From contig PFKE01000065.1 of assembly GCA_002784145.1 (NCBI GenBank), positions 2,935-66,934 of the forward strand: a stretch of 64,000 nt of DNA, in the 5' to 3' direction. The position numbers were made by a program, and so were the translations under genes. Source of the DNA: Flavobacteriaceae bacterium CG_4_10_14_3_um_filter_33_47. GTDB lineage: Bacteria; Bacteroidota; Bacteroidia; Flavobacteriales; Flavobacteriaceae. Of the stretch, positions 20,525 to 30,702 are shown one piece after another (positions within the stretch are counted from its first letter, which is position 1; each line of letters starts with the position of its first letter). The notes under the pieces were generated by a model that was given only the letters and a program-made list of their open reading frames with translations, made no database searches and had not been told where the DNA came from.

Positions 20525-20965
20525 TTATTTTAGATTGTAAATTTTTTTATTTAAAACCATCTCATTGATTAATTCTGCTACTTCATAAAAGTGATTTAAT
20601 TTTTCCTCAGAAATGTTATTTCTTATGGTTTCATTAAATGTGAGTACTTTTTCTCTGGAATAAGCTCTTTTTTTTTTCCCAAAGTCTGTCAGATATATAA
20701 GGACACTTCGTCCATCATCTGGATTGGCGCGTCTTTCGATTAAGCCTCTTTTTTCCATGGTTTTCAATATTCTTGAAAGACTTGTTGCTTCCATGCCCAT
20801 TTTGGGGCCTAAAGATGTTGAAGGAGTTCCTTTTTCTTGATCAATACTTAACAACGTTAAACCAGTAGCCATGGTACTGTCAAATTTAAGAGCTTCTTCA
20901 TTATACATTTTTGAAACGGCCAACCATGTGGTTCTTAGTACATAATCGATGGTTTTGTCTTTCAT
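20525..20965 (-). CDS. MarR family regulator heading the beta-oxidation operon
   Basis: Winged HTH with D.RSVLIYLTDFG motif. Confidence 0.92.
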   Translation of the reverse strand: MKDKTIDYVLRTTWLAVSKMYNEEALKFDSTMATGLTLLSIDQEKGTPSTSLGPKMGMEATSLSRILKTMEKRGLIERRANPDDGRSVLIYLTDFGKKKRAYSREKVLTFNETIRNNISEEKLNHFYEVAELINEMVLNKKIYNLK

Positions 20966-20984
20966 TGGTTGGTTTTAATAAAAT

Positions 20985-20992
20985 CAAATATA
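20985..20992 (-). promoter_or_regulatory. Bacteroidetes sigma70 -7 element for marR
   Basis: TATATTTG on the minus strand, matching TAnnTTTG. Confidence 0.7.
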
Positions 20993-20995
20993 CAA

Positions 20996-21023
20996 AAATA
21001 TATTATGCATGCATAATATATTT
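20996..21023. promoter_or_regulatory. 28-bp perfect palindrome, probable MarR operator
   Basis: AAATATATTATGCATGCATAATATATTT, directly upstream of the marR -7 element. Confidence 0.7.
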
Positions 21024-21073
21024 ATATTAAATAAAAAAAACAGCATGTTTGTGGCATTTTCTATTATTTATAG

Positions 21074-22849
21074 CTATTTAAGACGATAAATTTTTTCAAT
21101 AAGGTCTTTGTATTTTTCTTTAATAATTTTGCGTTTCATTTTCATGGTGGGAGTAAGGAGTCCATCATTTATAGACCAAACATTATCTGTTAATTCAAAC
21201 TTTTTAACCTGTTCCCATTTGCCAAATTTTGTGTTTACGAAATCTATTTCTTTTTGAATTCTTTCTTTTATAATTTGCGAATTAGCTATGGATTGGTTAT
21301 CTGGTTTTATGTCTTTGTTTTTTTTGAGTATCCAATGTTTTATAAACTCAAAATTAGGTTGAATGAGAGCCGCAGGCATTTTTTCGCCTTCACCTATAAC
21401 CATGACTTGTTCAATAAAATGGGATTGTTTTAATTCGTTTTCTATGAGAGAAGGTGCTATATATTTACCACCAGAAGTTTTAAACATTTCTTTCTTTCGG
21501 TCGGTAATTTTTAAAAAGCCATCTTCACTGATTTCTCCAATATCACCGGTGTGGAAATAATCTCCTGTCATGGCTTCTGCAGTTTTTTCAGGATCTTTGT
21601 AATATCCTAGCATGATGTTAGGCCCTTTTACTAAGATTTCTCCGTCATCGGCAATTTTTACTTCAACATTATCAATAATTTTACCAACAGTTCCAATTCT
21701 GAAACCACCATTGCGCATATCGTTGACAGAGATTACTGGTGAGGTTTCTGTTAATCCATAACCCTCCATTATTGGCATGCCAGCAGCAGCAAAGGTTCTG
21801 GTTAATCTGGGTTGCAGTGCCGCACTACCAGATACCATTAAATCTAAATTACCGCCAAGACCTTCTTTCCATTTACTAAAAATTAATTTCCTGGCCAGTT
21901 TTAATTGAAGTTCATAAAAAAACCCATTATTTCCGTAAGGTTCATATTTTAATCCTAAATCTATTGCCCAAAAAAACAAGGCCTTTTTAATGCCAGATAA
22001 CTCACTTCCTTTATCCACGATTTTATCGTAAACTTTTTCATAGAGTCTTGGAACCGCTGTCATAACATTTGGCTTTATCTCTTTAAGATTGTCACTCATT
22101 TTTTCAATAGATTCAGCAAAATATATTTCAACGCCACAGTATTGGTATAGGTATAAAATCATGCGTTCAAAAACATGGCAAACAGGCAAAAAACTTAAAG
22201 CTTTAGATTTACCATATTCAAAAGGTACGCGTTTCTCACTATCTATAACATTAGATATTAAATTGTTATGAGATAGCATAACGCCTTTGGGCTTACCGGT
22301 TGTTCCAGACGTATAAATGATGGTAGCTAAATCATCTGGTTTCACTTTATTTTTTCTATCATCAACTTCTTTTTGATTGCTTACATCTTCGCCTAACTTT
22401 AAAACATCGGTCCAATGGTTTTCTTCAGCAATCTCATCAAAAGTATAAACCCCTTTTATGGCTGTTTTTTCTTTTATGGAATTTAATTTTTCTAACACTT
22501 CCGTATCAGAAACAAAACAGTAAATAGATTCTGAATGATTTATGATATATTCATAATCTTCTTTTACAATGGTAGGATAAATAGGAACGTTTTGGGCACC
22601 AATTTGCAAAATTCCCATATCTAAAACACTCCATTCTGTTCTGTTAGTTCTAGAGATTACGGCAATTTTATCATTGGGCTTAACCCCTAATCTTAGCAAA
22701 CCTCTACTAATAGCATTCGATTGATTTATATAATCTTGAGATGAAATTGATAACCATTCCCCATTATATTTAGTGGTCAACGCTTTATTCAAATTATATT
22801 TTTCTAGTTGATATTGAGGAATATCGAAAAGTCTTGTTACCTGAATCAT
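21074..22849 (-). CDS. fadD: long-chain fatty acid--CoA ligase (AMP-dependent synthetase)
   Basis: IYTSGTTGKPKG, EGYGLTE, TGDIG, DRKK. Confidence 0.93.
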   Translation of the reverse strand: MIQVTRLFDIPQYQLEKYNLNKALTTKYNGEWLSISSQDYINQSNAISRGLLRLGVKPNDKIAVISRTNRTEWSVLDMGILQIGAQNVPIYPTIVKEDYEYIINHSESIYCFVSDTEVLEKLNSIKEKTAIKGVYTFDEIAEENHWTDVLKLGEDVSNQKEVDDRKNKVKPDDLATIIYTSGTTGKPKGVMLSHNNLISNVIDSEKRVPFEYGKSKALSFLPVCHVFERMILYLYQYCGVEIYFAESIEKMSDNLKEIKPNVMTAVPRLYEKVYDKIVDKGSELSGIKKALFFWAIDLGLKYEPYGNNGFFYELQLKLARKLIFSKWKEGLGGNLDLMVSGSAALQPRLTRTFAAAGMPIMEGYGLTETSPVISVNDMRNGGFRIGTVGKIIDNVEVKIADDGEILVKGPNIMLGYYKDPEKTAEAMTGDYFHTGDIGEISEDGFLKITDRKKEMFKTSGGKYIAPSLIENELKQSHFIEQVMVIGEGEKMPAALIQPNFEFIKHWILKKNKDIKPDNQSIANSQIIKERIQKEIDFVNTKFGKWEQVKKFELTDNVWSINDGLLTPTMKMKRKIIKEKYKDLIEKIYRLK

Positions 22850-22999
22850 TTATATTAATATAGTTTAGTGTCTCACAAAATATGAAATTAAAAAGGATTT
22901 ACAAATGCAAGTTAAAAAAAACTAGAAGCGTAAAGTTTTAAATTATTGATTTAGACGGATAATGATATTGAACCTGTCAATCCATAAAAAGTATGAAAC

Positions 23000-23013
23000 A
23001 TGATTTATGTCAT
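23000..23013. promoter_or_regulatory. Fnr/Crp-type box upstream of ppdK
   Basis: ATGATTTATGTCAT, 22 nt upstream of a perfect TAATTTTG (23036-23043). Confidence 0.75.
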
Positions 23014-23079
23014 TGAATACGTTTTTTATAGTATATAATTTTGTCTCTATTAATTTAAAAAAAGTAAAAATATAATCAT

Positions 23080-25809
23080 ATGGAAATTTTAGAATCGGTA
23101 AAAACCAGAGTCTATAAATTCGGAAATAAAACAGCCGATGGAAATAGCAAAATGAAAAACCTTTTAGGTGGTAAAGGAGCAAATTTAGCAGAAATGAGTT
23201 TAATTGGAATACCAGTTCCTCCTGGTTTTACCATTACTACAGAAGTTTGTACAGAGTACAATCTTTTAGGTCAAGATGCGGTTGTAAAAATGATTTTACC
23301 AGAAGTAGAAGAATCTATTGCAAATGTAGAAACTATTATGAACGCCAAATTTGGCGATTCTGAAAATCCATTGTTGGTATCTGTTCGTTCAGGAGCAAGA
23401 GTTTCAATGCCTGGAATGATGGATACCGTTCTTAATTTAGGTTTAAATGATGAAGTTGTTGTTGGTTTGGCAAAAAAAACCAATAACGAACGTTTTGCAT
23501 GGGATTCTTACAGACGTTTCATTCAAATGTATGGTGATGTTGTTTTAGGGATGAAACCAGAGTCAAAAGAAGATATCGATCCTTTCGAGGAAATCATGGA
23601 AGCTCTTAAATATAAAAGAAACATCCAGTTAGATACAGAGTTTACTATTCAAGATTTAAAAGATCTTGTTTATGATTTTAAAGAAGCCGTTAAAAAACGT
23701 ACAGGGCATGATTTTCCAAAAAATCCTTGGGATCAACTTTGGGGAGCAGTTGTTGCAGTATTTAACAGTTGGAACGGTGATAGAGCAGTTTACTATAGAA
23801 ACATGAACGGTTATCCATCAGATTGGGGAACGGCTGTTAACGTACAAGCCATGGTATATGGAAACATGGGAGATAATTCTGGAACAGGTGTTTGCTTTAC
23901 AAGAGATGCAGGAACAGGAGAAAACGTGTTTAATGGTGAATATTTAATCAATGCACAAGGTGAAGATGTGGTTGCTGGAACAAGAACACCACAACAAATC
24001 ACAAAATTAGGATCTTTACGTTGGGCAGAATTAGCTAAAGTAGAGGAAGAAGAAAGAACAAAAAATTATCCTTCTCTTGAAGAGTTAATGCCAAATATTT
24101 TTAAAGAATTAAACGAATATCAAAACAAGCTAGAAAACCATTACAGAGACATGCAAGATATGGAGTTTACTATGCAAGATGGTAAACTTTGGATTTTACA
24201 AACCAGAAATGGTAAACGTACTGGTGCAGCCATGGTTAAAATAGCTATGGATATGCTTAAAGAAGGCTTGATTGATGAAAAAGAAGCTTTATTGAGAATT
24301 GAACCTAACAAATTAGATGAATTATTACACCCTGTTTTTGATACAAAAGCATTGAAACGCGCTCATGTAATTGCTCAAGGTTTACCAGCATCTCCAGGCG
24401 CAGCAACAGGTCAAATAGTATTCTTTGCAGATGAAGCCAATAAATATAAATACACCATTTTAACCCGAATTGAAACGTCTCCAGAAGATTTAGAAGGCAT
24501 GAATATTGCTCGCGGTATTTTAACAGCTCGTGGTGGTATGACGTCCCATGCAGCAGTTGTTGCCAGAGGTATGGGTAAATGTTGTATATCTGGTGCAGGG
24601 GCATTAAAAATTAATTATAAAACAAGAACTCTAATAGTTGATGGTAAAGAATATCATGAAGGTGATTGGATTTCTTTAAACGGTTCTACGGGTAATATTA
24701 TTGAAGGCAAAGTAGCCACAAGAGAGCCTGAATTAAGTGGTGAATTTGGTGATTTAATGACCTTGTCAGACAAATATGCAACCATGCAAGTTAGAACCAA
24801 TGCAGATACACCAAAAGATGCAAGAGTTGCTCGTTCATTCGGAGCTCAAGGGATAGGATTGACAAGAACAGAGCATATGTTTTTTGAAGTTGACCGTATA
24901 AAAGCTATGAGAGAAATGATTTTAGCAGATACGGTTAAAGGTAGAAAACACGCTTTAGAGCAATTGTTACCTATGCAACGCGAAGATTTTGAAGGTATTT
25001 TTGAAGCCATGCAAGGTTTACCTGTAACAGTGAGATTGTTAGATCCACCTTTGCATGAATTTGTGCCTCACCAATTAATTCAACAAAAAGAGTTGGCTGA
25101 AGAGATGCATATTTCATTGGAAGCTGTGAAAAGTAAAATTTCAGAATTGGAAGAATTCAACCCCATGCTTGGTCATAGAGGTTGCAGATTAGGAAACACC
25201 TATCCTGAAATTACTGAGATGCAAGCCAGAGCTATCATTGAAGCTGCCTTAAATCTAAAAGCAAAAGGTATTGTTGCCAAACCAGAAATTATGGTTCCCT
25301 TGATAGGAACGGTTGCAGAATTTGAAATGCAAGAAGAAATTATCAGAAGAACGGCTCAAAAAGTATTTGAAGAATATAATGATACGATTGAATTTTTAGT
25401 TGGTACTATGATTGAAATTCCAAGAGCAGCATTAACGGCAGATTTAATTGCTAAAAAAGCTGAATTCTTCTCTTTTGGCACGAATGATTTAACCCAAATG
25501 ACTTTTGGTTATTCAAGAGACGATGCCGGTAAATTTTTACCGATCTATATAGAAAAAGGCATTTTAAAAGTAGATCCATTTGAAGTACTTGATCAAGAAG
25601 GCGTTGGTCAATTAGTAAAAATGGGTACAGAAAAAGGTAGAAGTACAAAACCTAATTTAAAAGTTGGTATTTGTGGCGAACATGGTGGTGAACCAAGTTC
25701 TGTTGAATTCTGCTATAATTCTGGAATGAACTATGTAAGTTGTTCACCTTTTAGAGTTCCTATTGCTCGACTTGCCTCTGCGCAAGCGGCCATTAAAAAG
25801 TCCATGTAA
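23080..25809 (+). CDS. ppdK: pyruvate, phosphate dikinase
   Basis: GGKGANLAEM, LVSVRSGA, phospho-His motif GGMTSHAAVVAR, GTNDLTQ, GICGEHGG. Confidence 0.97.
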   Translation: MEILESVKTRVYKFGNKTADGNSKMKNLLGGKGANLAEMSLIGIPVPPGFTITTEVCTEYNLLGQDAVVKMILPEVEESIANVETIMNAKFGDSENPLLVSVRSGARVSMPGMMDTVLNLGLNDEVVVGLAKKTNNERFAWDSYRRFIQMYGDVVLGMKPESKEDIDPFEEIMEALKYKRNIQLDTEFTIQDLKDLVYDFKEAVKKRTGHDFPKNPWDQLWGAVVAVFNSWNGDRAVYYRNMNGYPSDWGTAVNVQAMVYGNMGDNSGTGVCFTRDAGTGENVFNGEYLINAQGEDVVAGTRTPQQITKLGSLRWAELAKVEEEERTKNYPSLEELMPNIFKELNEYQNKLENHYRDMQDMEFTMQDGKLWILQTRNGKRTGAAMVKIAMDMLKEGLIDEKEALLRIEPNKLDELLHPVFDTKALKRAHVIAQGLPASPGAATGQIVFFADEANKYKYTILTRIETSPEDLEGMNIARGILTARGGMTSHAAVVARGMGKCCISGAGALKINYKTRTLIVDGKEYHEGDWISLNGSTGNIIEGKVATREPELSGEFGDLMTLSDKYATMQVRTNADTPKDARVARSFGAQGIGLTRTEHMFFEVDRIKAMREMILADTVKGRKHALEQLLPMQREDFEGIFEAMQGLPVTVRLLDPPLHEFVPHQLIQQKELAEEMHISLEAVKSKISELEEFNPMLGHRGCRLGNTYPEITEMQARAIIEAALNLKAKGIVAKPEIMVPLIGTVAEFEMQEEIIRRTAQKVFEEYNDTIEFLVGTMIEIPRAALTADLIAKKAEFFSFGTNDLTQMTFGYSRDDAGKFLPIYIEKGILKVDPFEVLDQEGVGQLVKMGTEKGRSTKPNLKVGICGEHGGEPSSVEFCYNSGMNYVSCSPFRVPIARLASAQAAIKKSM

Positions 25810-25827
25810 TTATTTGTTTTAAGTTTG

Positions 25828-25866
25828 AAAAACCGAGGTGAGATGTATGTTTTACTTCGGTTTTTT
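25828..25866. terminator. bidirectional intrinsic terminator between convergent ppdK and purL
   Basis: aaaaaccgaggtga ... ttacttcggtttttt stem with A and T tracts on both sides. Confidence 0.8.
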
Positions 25867-25887
25867 ATACTTTTCAATCAAGATGAT

Positions 25888-28800
25888 TTATTTGCTTTCT
25901 AACCATTTTTTAGCATTTACAAAAGCTTCTAACCAAGGCGATACTTCATCTTTTCTTCCTTCAGGATAATAAGCCCAATTCCATTGAAATGTGGAACGTT
26001 CAATATGTGGCATGGTTACTAAATGCCTACCCGTTTTATCACACATCATGGCTGTGTTAAAATCGGAACCGTTTGGATTGTGTGGATATTCAGCATAACC
26101 ATATTTTGCTACAATATTATATTGGTCTTCTGTATAAGGTAAGTTAAATTTACCTTCACCATGGCTAATCCAAACACCTAAAGTACTACCTTCTAGGGTT
26201 GAAAGCATGACTGAATTGTTTTTTTGAATTTTCACAGAAGTAAACGCACTCTCGTGTTTGTGCGAGTTATTATGAACCATTTTTCCATGAACTTCATGCT
26301 CAGGATTAATAAGGTCCAATTCCATCCACAATTGACATCCATTACAAATTCCAACCGATAAGGTGTCCTCTCTTTTAAAGAAATCTTGTATGGCTTTATT
26401 CGCTCTTTTATTGTATTTAATTGCACCAGCCCAACCTTTTGCAGAGCCTAAAACATCTGAGTTGGAGAAGCCTCCAACAGCGCCTAAAAACTGAATATCT
26501 TCCAAGGTTTCACGACCCGAAATTAAATCGGTCATGTGCACATCTTTTACATCAAAACCCGCTAAGTACATCGCGTTAGCCATTTCGCGCTCGGAGTTGC
26601 TTCCTTTTTCACGGAGAATGGCAGCTTTAGGTTTTATATTTCCAATGACCGGTAATTTTCCTGTGAAATGTTTAGGAAATGTGTATTGAAGCGGTTGATT
26701 TTTATAATAATCAAATCTTGCTTGAGCTAAATTATTGGCCGTTTGTTTTTGGTCTAATAAAAATGAGGTTTTGTACCAATCATCACGTAAGCGAGATATG
26801 GTTAATGTGAAAACGTCGTTGGTGTTAATTATGCTTAAAACATCACTATTGGTAACTTTTCCAATGTTGAAAAATTTAATATTTGCAGAATTTAAAACAG
26901 TTTCAATTAAGGCATCTTTGGATTGAATTACAATACCAGCATTTTCGGAAAACAGGAGTTTTATTGAATCTTTTTCCAATATAGCCGAAAGGTCTAATTC
27001 GGCACCCAAATTATTATCGGCAAAACACAGTTCCAATAAAGTAGTGATTAAACCGCCCGAAGCCACGTCATGTCCAGCAACAATTTGGCTATCTTTAATT
27101 AATTTCTGAATGGTATTGAAAACGGTTTTTACATAACTAGCATCTTTTACTGAAGGTGTTTCATTTCCTATTTTATTTAATATTTGAGCAAATGAACTTC
27201 CGCCTAGTTTAAAATCATCTTGGGATATATTGATATAATAAATACTGCCTGCGTTTCTTTTTAAAACAGGCTCAACCACATTAGTAATATCATTACAGTT
27301 TCCAGCTGCCGAAATTATAACGGTTCCAGGAGCAATCACATCTTCATTCGGGTACTTTTGCTTCATGGATAAGGAATCTTTTCCTGTTGGAACATTAATT
27401 CCTAAATCAATGGCAAATTCAGAAACGGCTTTAACTGCTTCGTATAATCGTGCATCTTCACCTTCATTTTTACATGGCCACATCCAGTTGGCCGATAAGG
27501 ATACACTTTTTAAACCATCTTTTAAAGGTGCCCAGACAATATTGGTTAAAGCTTCTGTAATGGCGTTTCTACTGCCCGCTATTGGATTTATCAACCCAGA
27601 AATAGGTGAGTGCCCAATAGAAGTTGCAATACCTTCTTTTCCTTTATAATCGAGTGCCATAACCCCTACATTGTTCAAAGGTAATTGTAATAGGCCAACA
27701 CATTGTTGTTTAGCCACTTTGCCACCCACACAACGGTCTACTTTATTAGTTAACCAATCTTTACACGCTACAGCCTCCAATTGTAAAACCTGCTCTAAAT
27801 AGTCATGAAAATTATTAGAATTATAGGTTAATTCATTATAATATCTTTGGATGGTTTTATCTGTCATGATGGTTTTTGGAGAGCTTCCAAACATATCTTC
27901 CATGGCTAAATCCATGGGCTTATGACCGTTGGATTTAGACTGAAAAGTAAATCGGTTATCACCGGTTACATTACCAACGGTGTACATAGGTGAACGTTCT
28001 CTGTCTGCTATTCTTTGTAAAATATCAATATGGTCTTTATCAATCACCAATCCCATACGTTCTTGCGATTCGTTCCCTATAATTTCTTTATCAGAAAGGG
28101 TTGGGTCACCAACAGGAAGTTTATCTAAATCTATTTTTCCACCTGTATCTTCAACCAATTCAGATAAACAGTTTAAATGCCCACCAGCACCATGATCGTG
28201 AATGGAAACAATGAAATTTTTATCACTTTCTACCATTCCGCGTATAGCATTGGCAGCACGTTTTTGCATTTCTGGATTTGAACGTTGTACCGCATTTAAT
28301 TCAATGCCTGAAGCAAATGCGCCTGTATCGGCACTAGAAACCGCAGCGCCACCCATACCAATTCGGTAATTTTCACCACCAAGAATCACTATTTTATCGC
28401 CCGTTTGCGGTTTGTCTTTTAAAGCTTGGTCTTTTTTACCATAGCCAATACCACCGGCTTGCATAATGACTTTATCGAAACCAAGTTTACGACGAGGCCC
28501 TTGGTCTGCACTCAGGGTAACATCATTATGTTCATCATGTTCAAAGGTTAACACGGAACCACAAATTAATGGTTGACCGAATTTATTTCCAAAATCGGAT
28601 GCGCCATTGGAGGCTTTAATTAAAATGTCCATGGGGGTTTGATACAACCATGGGCGTTCTGGAAATGCTTTTTCCCATGGGCGGTTTTCTTCTAAACGAG
28701 AATATGAGGTCATGTAAACAGCCGTTCCTGCTAATGGCAAAGACCCCTTTCCTCCAGCCAATCTATCGCGAATTTCACCTCCAGAACCTGTTGCAGCACC

Positions 28801-29577
28801 GTTAAAAGGCTCTACAGTAGTTGGGAAGTTATGAGTTTCGGCTTTTAATGAAATAACCGATTCAAAATCTTTGGTTGTGTAAAAATCGGGTTTATCTGCA
28901 GATTTTGGGGCAAATTGCTCTACTTTTGGACCTTCAATAAAAGCTACATTGTCTTTATAGGCAGACACGATTGAATTGGGATGTGTTTCTGAGGTTTTTC
29001 TAATGAGTTTAAAAAGAGAGGTTGGTTTTTCAACGCCATCAATCACAAAAGTTCCATTAAAAATTTTGTGTCTGCAATGTTCAGAGTTTACTTGTGAGAA
29101 ACCAAACACTTCAGAATCTGTAAGGGGTCTTCCAATTTTTTTGGCAACACCTTCTAGGTAGGTAACTTCTTCTGTGCTTAACGATAAACCTTCTTGCTGA
29201 TTATATGCAGATATATCTTCAATATTAAGTATAGGTTTAGGCGTTATGTTTATGGTAAAAATATGTTGATGTAATCCATTAAATTTTTCGGAAATCATGG
29301 GGTCGAAATCTTTAAAGCCTTCAGAAATTGCTTTAAATTCTTCAATGCGAATAATGTCTGAAATGCCCATGTTTTGGGTAATTTCAACCGCATTGGTACT
29401 CCAAGGTGTTATCATAGCAGCTCTTGGGCCAACAAAAAAAGCATCGATGGATGCTTGTACTATTTTGGGTTGGTTGCCAAATAACCACGTTAATTTAGCG
29501 ATGGTTTCGGTTGATAATTCTTTTGTTGTTTGTACAGCAAATACTTGGCTGGATACGTTTCCAAAGAAATGAATCAT
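25888..29577 (-). CDS. purL: phosphoribosylformylglycinamidine synthase (large single-chain PurL)
   Basis: NSEHCRHKIFN, ETHNFPT, GGEIRD, C-terminal glutaminase GICNGCQ and HIER. The start at ATG 29577 (MIHFF) follows a -7 element at 29610-29617. Confidence 0.97.
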   Translation of the reverse strand: MIHFFGNVSSQVFAVQTTKELSTETIAKLTWLFGNQPKIVQASIDAFFVGPRAAMITPWSTNAVEITQNMGISDIIRIEEFKAISEGFKDFDPMISEKFNGLHQHIFTINITPKPILNIEDISAYNQQEGLSLSTEEVTYLEGVAKKIGRPLTDSEVFGFSQVNSEHCRHKIFNGTFVIDGVEKPTSLFKLIRKTSETHPNSIVSAYKDNVAFIEGPKVEQFAPKSADKPDFYTTKDFESVISLKAETHNFPTTVEPFNGAATGSGGEIRDRLAGGKGSLPLAGTAVYMTSYSRLEENRPWEKAFPERPWLYQTPMDILIKASNGASDFGNKFGQPLICGSVLTFEHDEHNDVTLSADQGPRRKLGFDKVIMQAGGIGYGKKDQALKDKPQTGDKIVILGGENYRIGMGGAAVSSADTGAFASGIELNAVQRSNPEMQKRAANAIRGMVESDKNFIVSIHDHGAGGHLNCLSELVEDTGGKIDLDKLPVGDPTLSDKEIIGNESQERMGLVIDKDHIDILQRIADRERSPMYTVGNVTGDNRFTFQSKSNGHKPMDLAMEDMFGSSPKTIMTDKTIQRYYNELTYNSNNFHDYLEQVLQLEAVACKDWLTNKVDRCVGGKVAKQQCVGLLQLPLNNVGVMALDYKGKEGIATSIGHSPISGLINPIAGSRNAITEALTNIVWAPLKDGLKSVSLSANWMWPCKNEGEDARLYEAVKAVSEFAIDLGINVPTGKDSLSMKQKYPNEDVIAPGTVIISAAGNCNDITNVVEPVLKRNAGSIYYINISQDDFKLGGSSFAQILNKIGNETPSVKDASYVKTVFNTIQKLIKDSQIVAGHDVASGGLITTLLELCFADNNLGAELDLSAILEKDSIKLLFSENAGIVIQSKDALIETVLNSANIKFFNIGKVTNSDVLSIINTNDVFTLTISRLRDDWYKTSFLLDQKQTANNLAQARFDYYKNQPLQYTFPKHFTGKLPVIGNIKPKAAILREKGSNSEREMANAMYLAGFDVKDVHMTDLISGRETLEDIQFLGAVGGFSNSDVLGSAKGWAGAIKYNKRANKAIQDFFKREDTLSVGICNGCQLWMELDLINPEHEVHGKMVHNNSHKHESAFTSVKIQKNNSVMLSTLEGSTLGVWISHGEGKFNLPYTEDQYNIVAKYGYAEYPHNPNGSDFNTAMMCDKTGRHLVTMPHIERSTFQWNWAYYPEGRKDEVSPWLEAFVNAKKWLESK

Positions 29578-29609
29578 TATGTATTGGTTTGTATGTTTTG
29601 AATTAAATG

Positions 29610-29617
29610 CAAATTTA
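29610..29617 (-). promoter_or_regulatory. -7 promoter element of purL
   Basis: TAAATTTG(CA) on the minus strand. Confidence 0.65.
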
Positions 29618-29997
29618 ATTTTTTTAGCGGTAAGAAGTGAGCAAAACTTTAAGTTAATTAAAGAGTTATTCACGATGTTTTAAACATAAAAAAGCATTAA
29701 AAAAATGTCTTTAGGTGTTGTTTGATGGTTTGTTTAAGGATAGCTAGGTATTTATGAATTTGGATTTTTCACATAAAATCAAAGATTGCAATGAACGATA
29801 ACCATGTTTTATCCAGTTTTTTTTTGTATAACTTACTCAAATACTCTGTCCAAAATAAAATTGTCTTCTCTAACTCGTTATCAAAAACTAGAACGTTATT
29901 ATCGTTTTATTGCTTATATCTAGTGTTAAACAAAGTTCGTCATTTTTTCTTGTAAAATCTGTTTTTAAAAATTTTAGTTCTTTTTTTATTACTTTCA

Positions 29998-30699
29998 TCA
30001 AGAAATCAAATTTCCTTCATTATCCCATTGAGCCATATCGCCAATAGTGTCTGGATCTAAACATTTGGCCAGCCATTCGGCATCATAACTCATGCCATGT
30101 GCTTCTAAAACATCTTGTGGAACGCCATCCCAAACATTGGGCATATTGCCTTTGTAATCAAGTTCTTTAATGCCAACTTCCGAAGTAAAATAGCCAGTAA
30201 GGACTAAATTTCTCATGAGTGAAAAAAATTGAACTTCTTGAACTTGTTCTTCGGCTTCCATGTCAGGAAAGGCCATTTTATCCAGCAATTCTTTTTGTTG
30301 CACTTCTGTGCAATTAACAAATGTTGCTTGGTAATGCGTGTTGCAATACCCATTCATCCACATCAACCCACCACGTATTTTTACCTGAAACTCTGGGACA
30401 TCTTTTGCCATAAATTCTATGAATTCTACAACACCAGCTTGTTCAATAGTGCCTTGTTCATTGGGCGGTAAAATTAAATTTGCCAATGTTTTTATGATTT
30501 GAAGCTCTTGGTCTTCAAAAAACTGATCTAATAAAAGATCTTCATCAAAAGCAGCTTCTTTAGGTGTTCTGCCATAGGTATATTTCCAGATTTTATCTTC
30601 AATAACTTCTGGTGCTGTTTCGGTAACACAGCTTTCTAGGGTAAGTCCAACAGCCATGGACCCTAAGATCATCGATTTTAAACTTTCTCTTCTATCCAT
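29998..30699 (-). CDS. gluconate 2-dehydrogenase subunit 3 family protein (Tat-exported partner of the GMC flavoprotein)
   Basis: Twin-Arg MDRRESLK; FF..MRNLVLTGYFTSEVG...Y.GN.PN.WDG motif. Confidence 0.88.
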   Translation of the reverse strand: MDRRESLKSMILGSMAVGLTLESCVTETAPEVIEDKIWKYTYGRTPKEAAFDEDLLLDQFFEDQELQIIKTLANLILPPNEQGTIEQAGVVEFIEFMAKDVPEFQVKIRGGLMWMNGYCNTHYQATFVNCTEVQQKELLDKMAFPDMEAEEQVQEVQFFSLMRNLVLTGYFTSEVGIKELDYKGNMPNVWDGVPQDVLEAHGMSYDAEWLAKCLDPDTIGDMAQWDNEGNLIS

Positions 30700-30702
30700 G
30701 AC

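Noticed and set aside
22968-22980. TTGAACCTGTCAA, resembling a second Fnr box
   Set aside because: The spacer is 5 nt rather than 6 and it is not at the 22-nt position; at most an accessory site.
22943-23182. 79-aa minus-strand ORF over the ppdK promoter
   Set aside because: It overlaps the ppdK start, box and -7 element, and its composition is that of AT-rich non-coding DNA.
29578-29673. N-terminal extensions given by the ORF track for purL (also ccoG, M28, def, VWA, HYC_CC_PP)
   Set aside because: The extensions run through promoter or terminator elements or start at non-ATG codons; downstream ATGs fit the family N-termini better.
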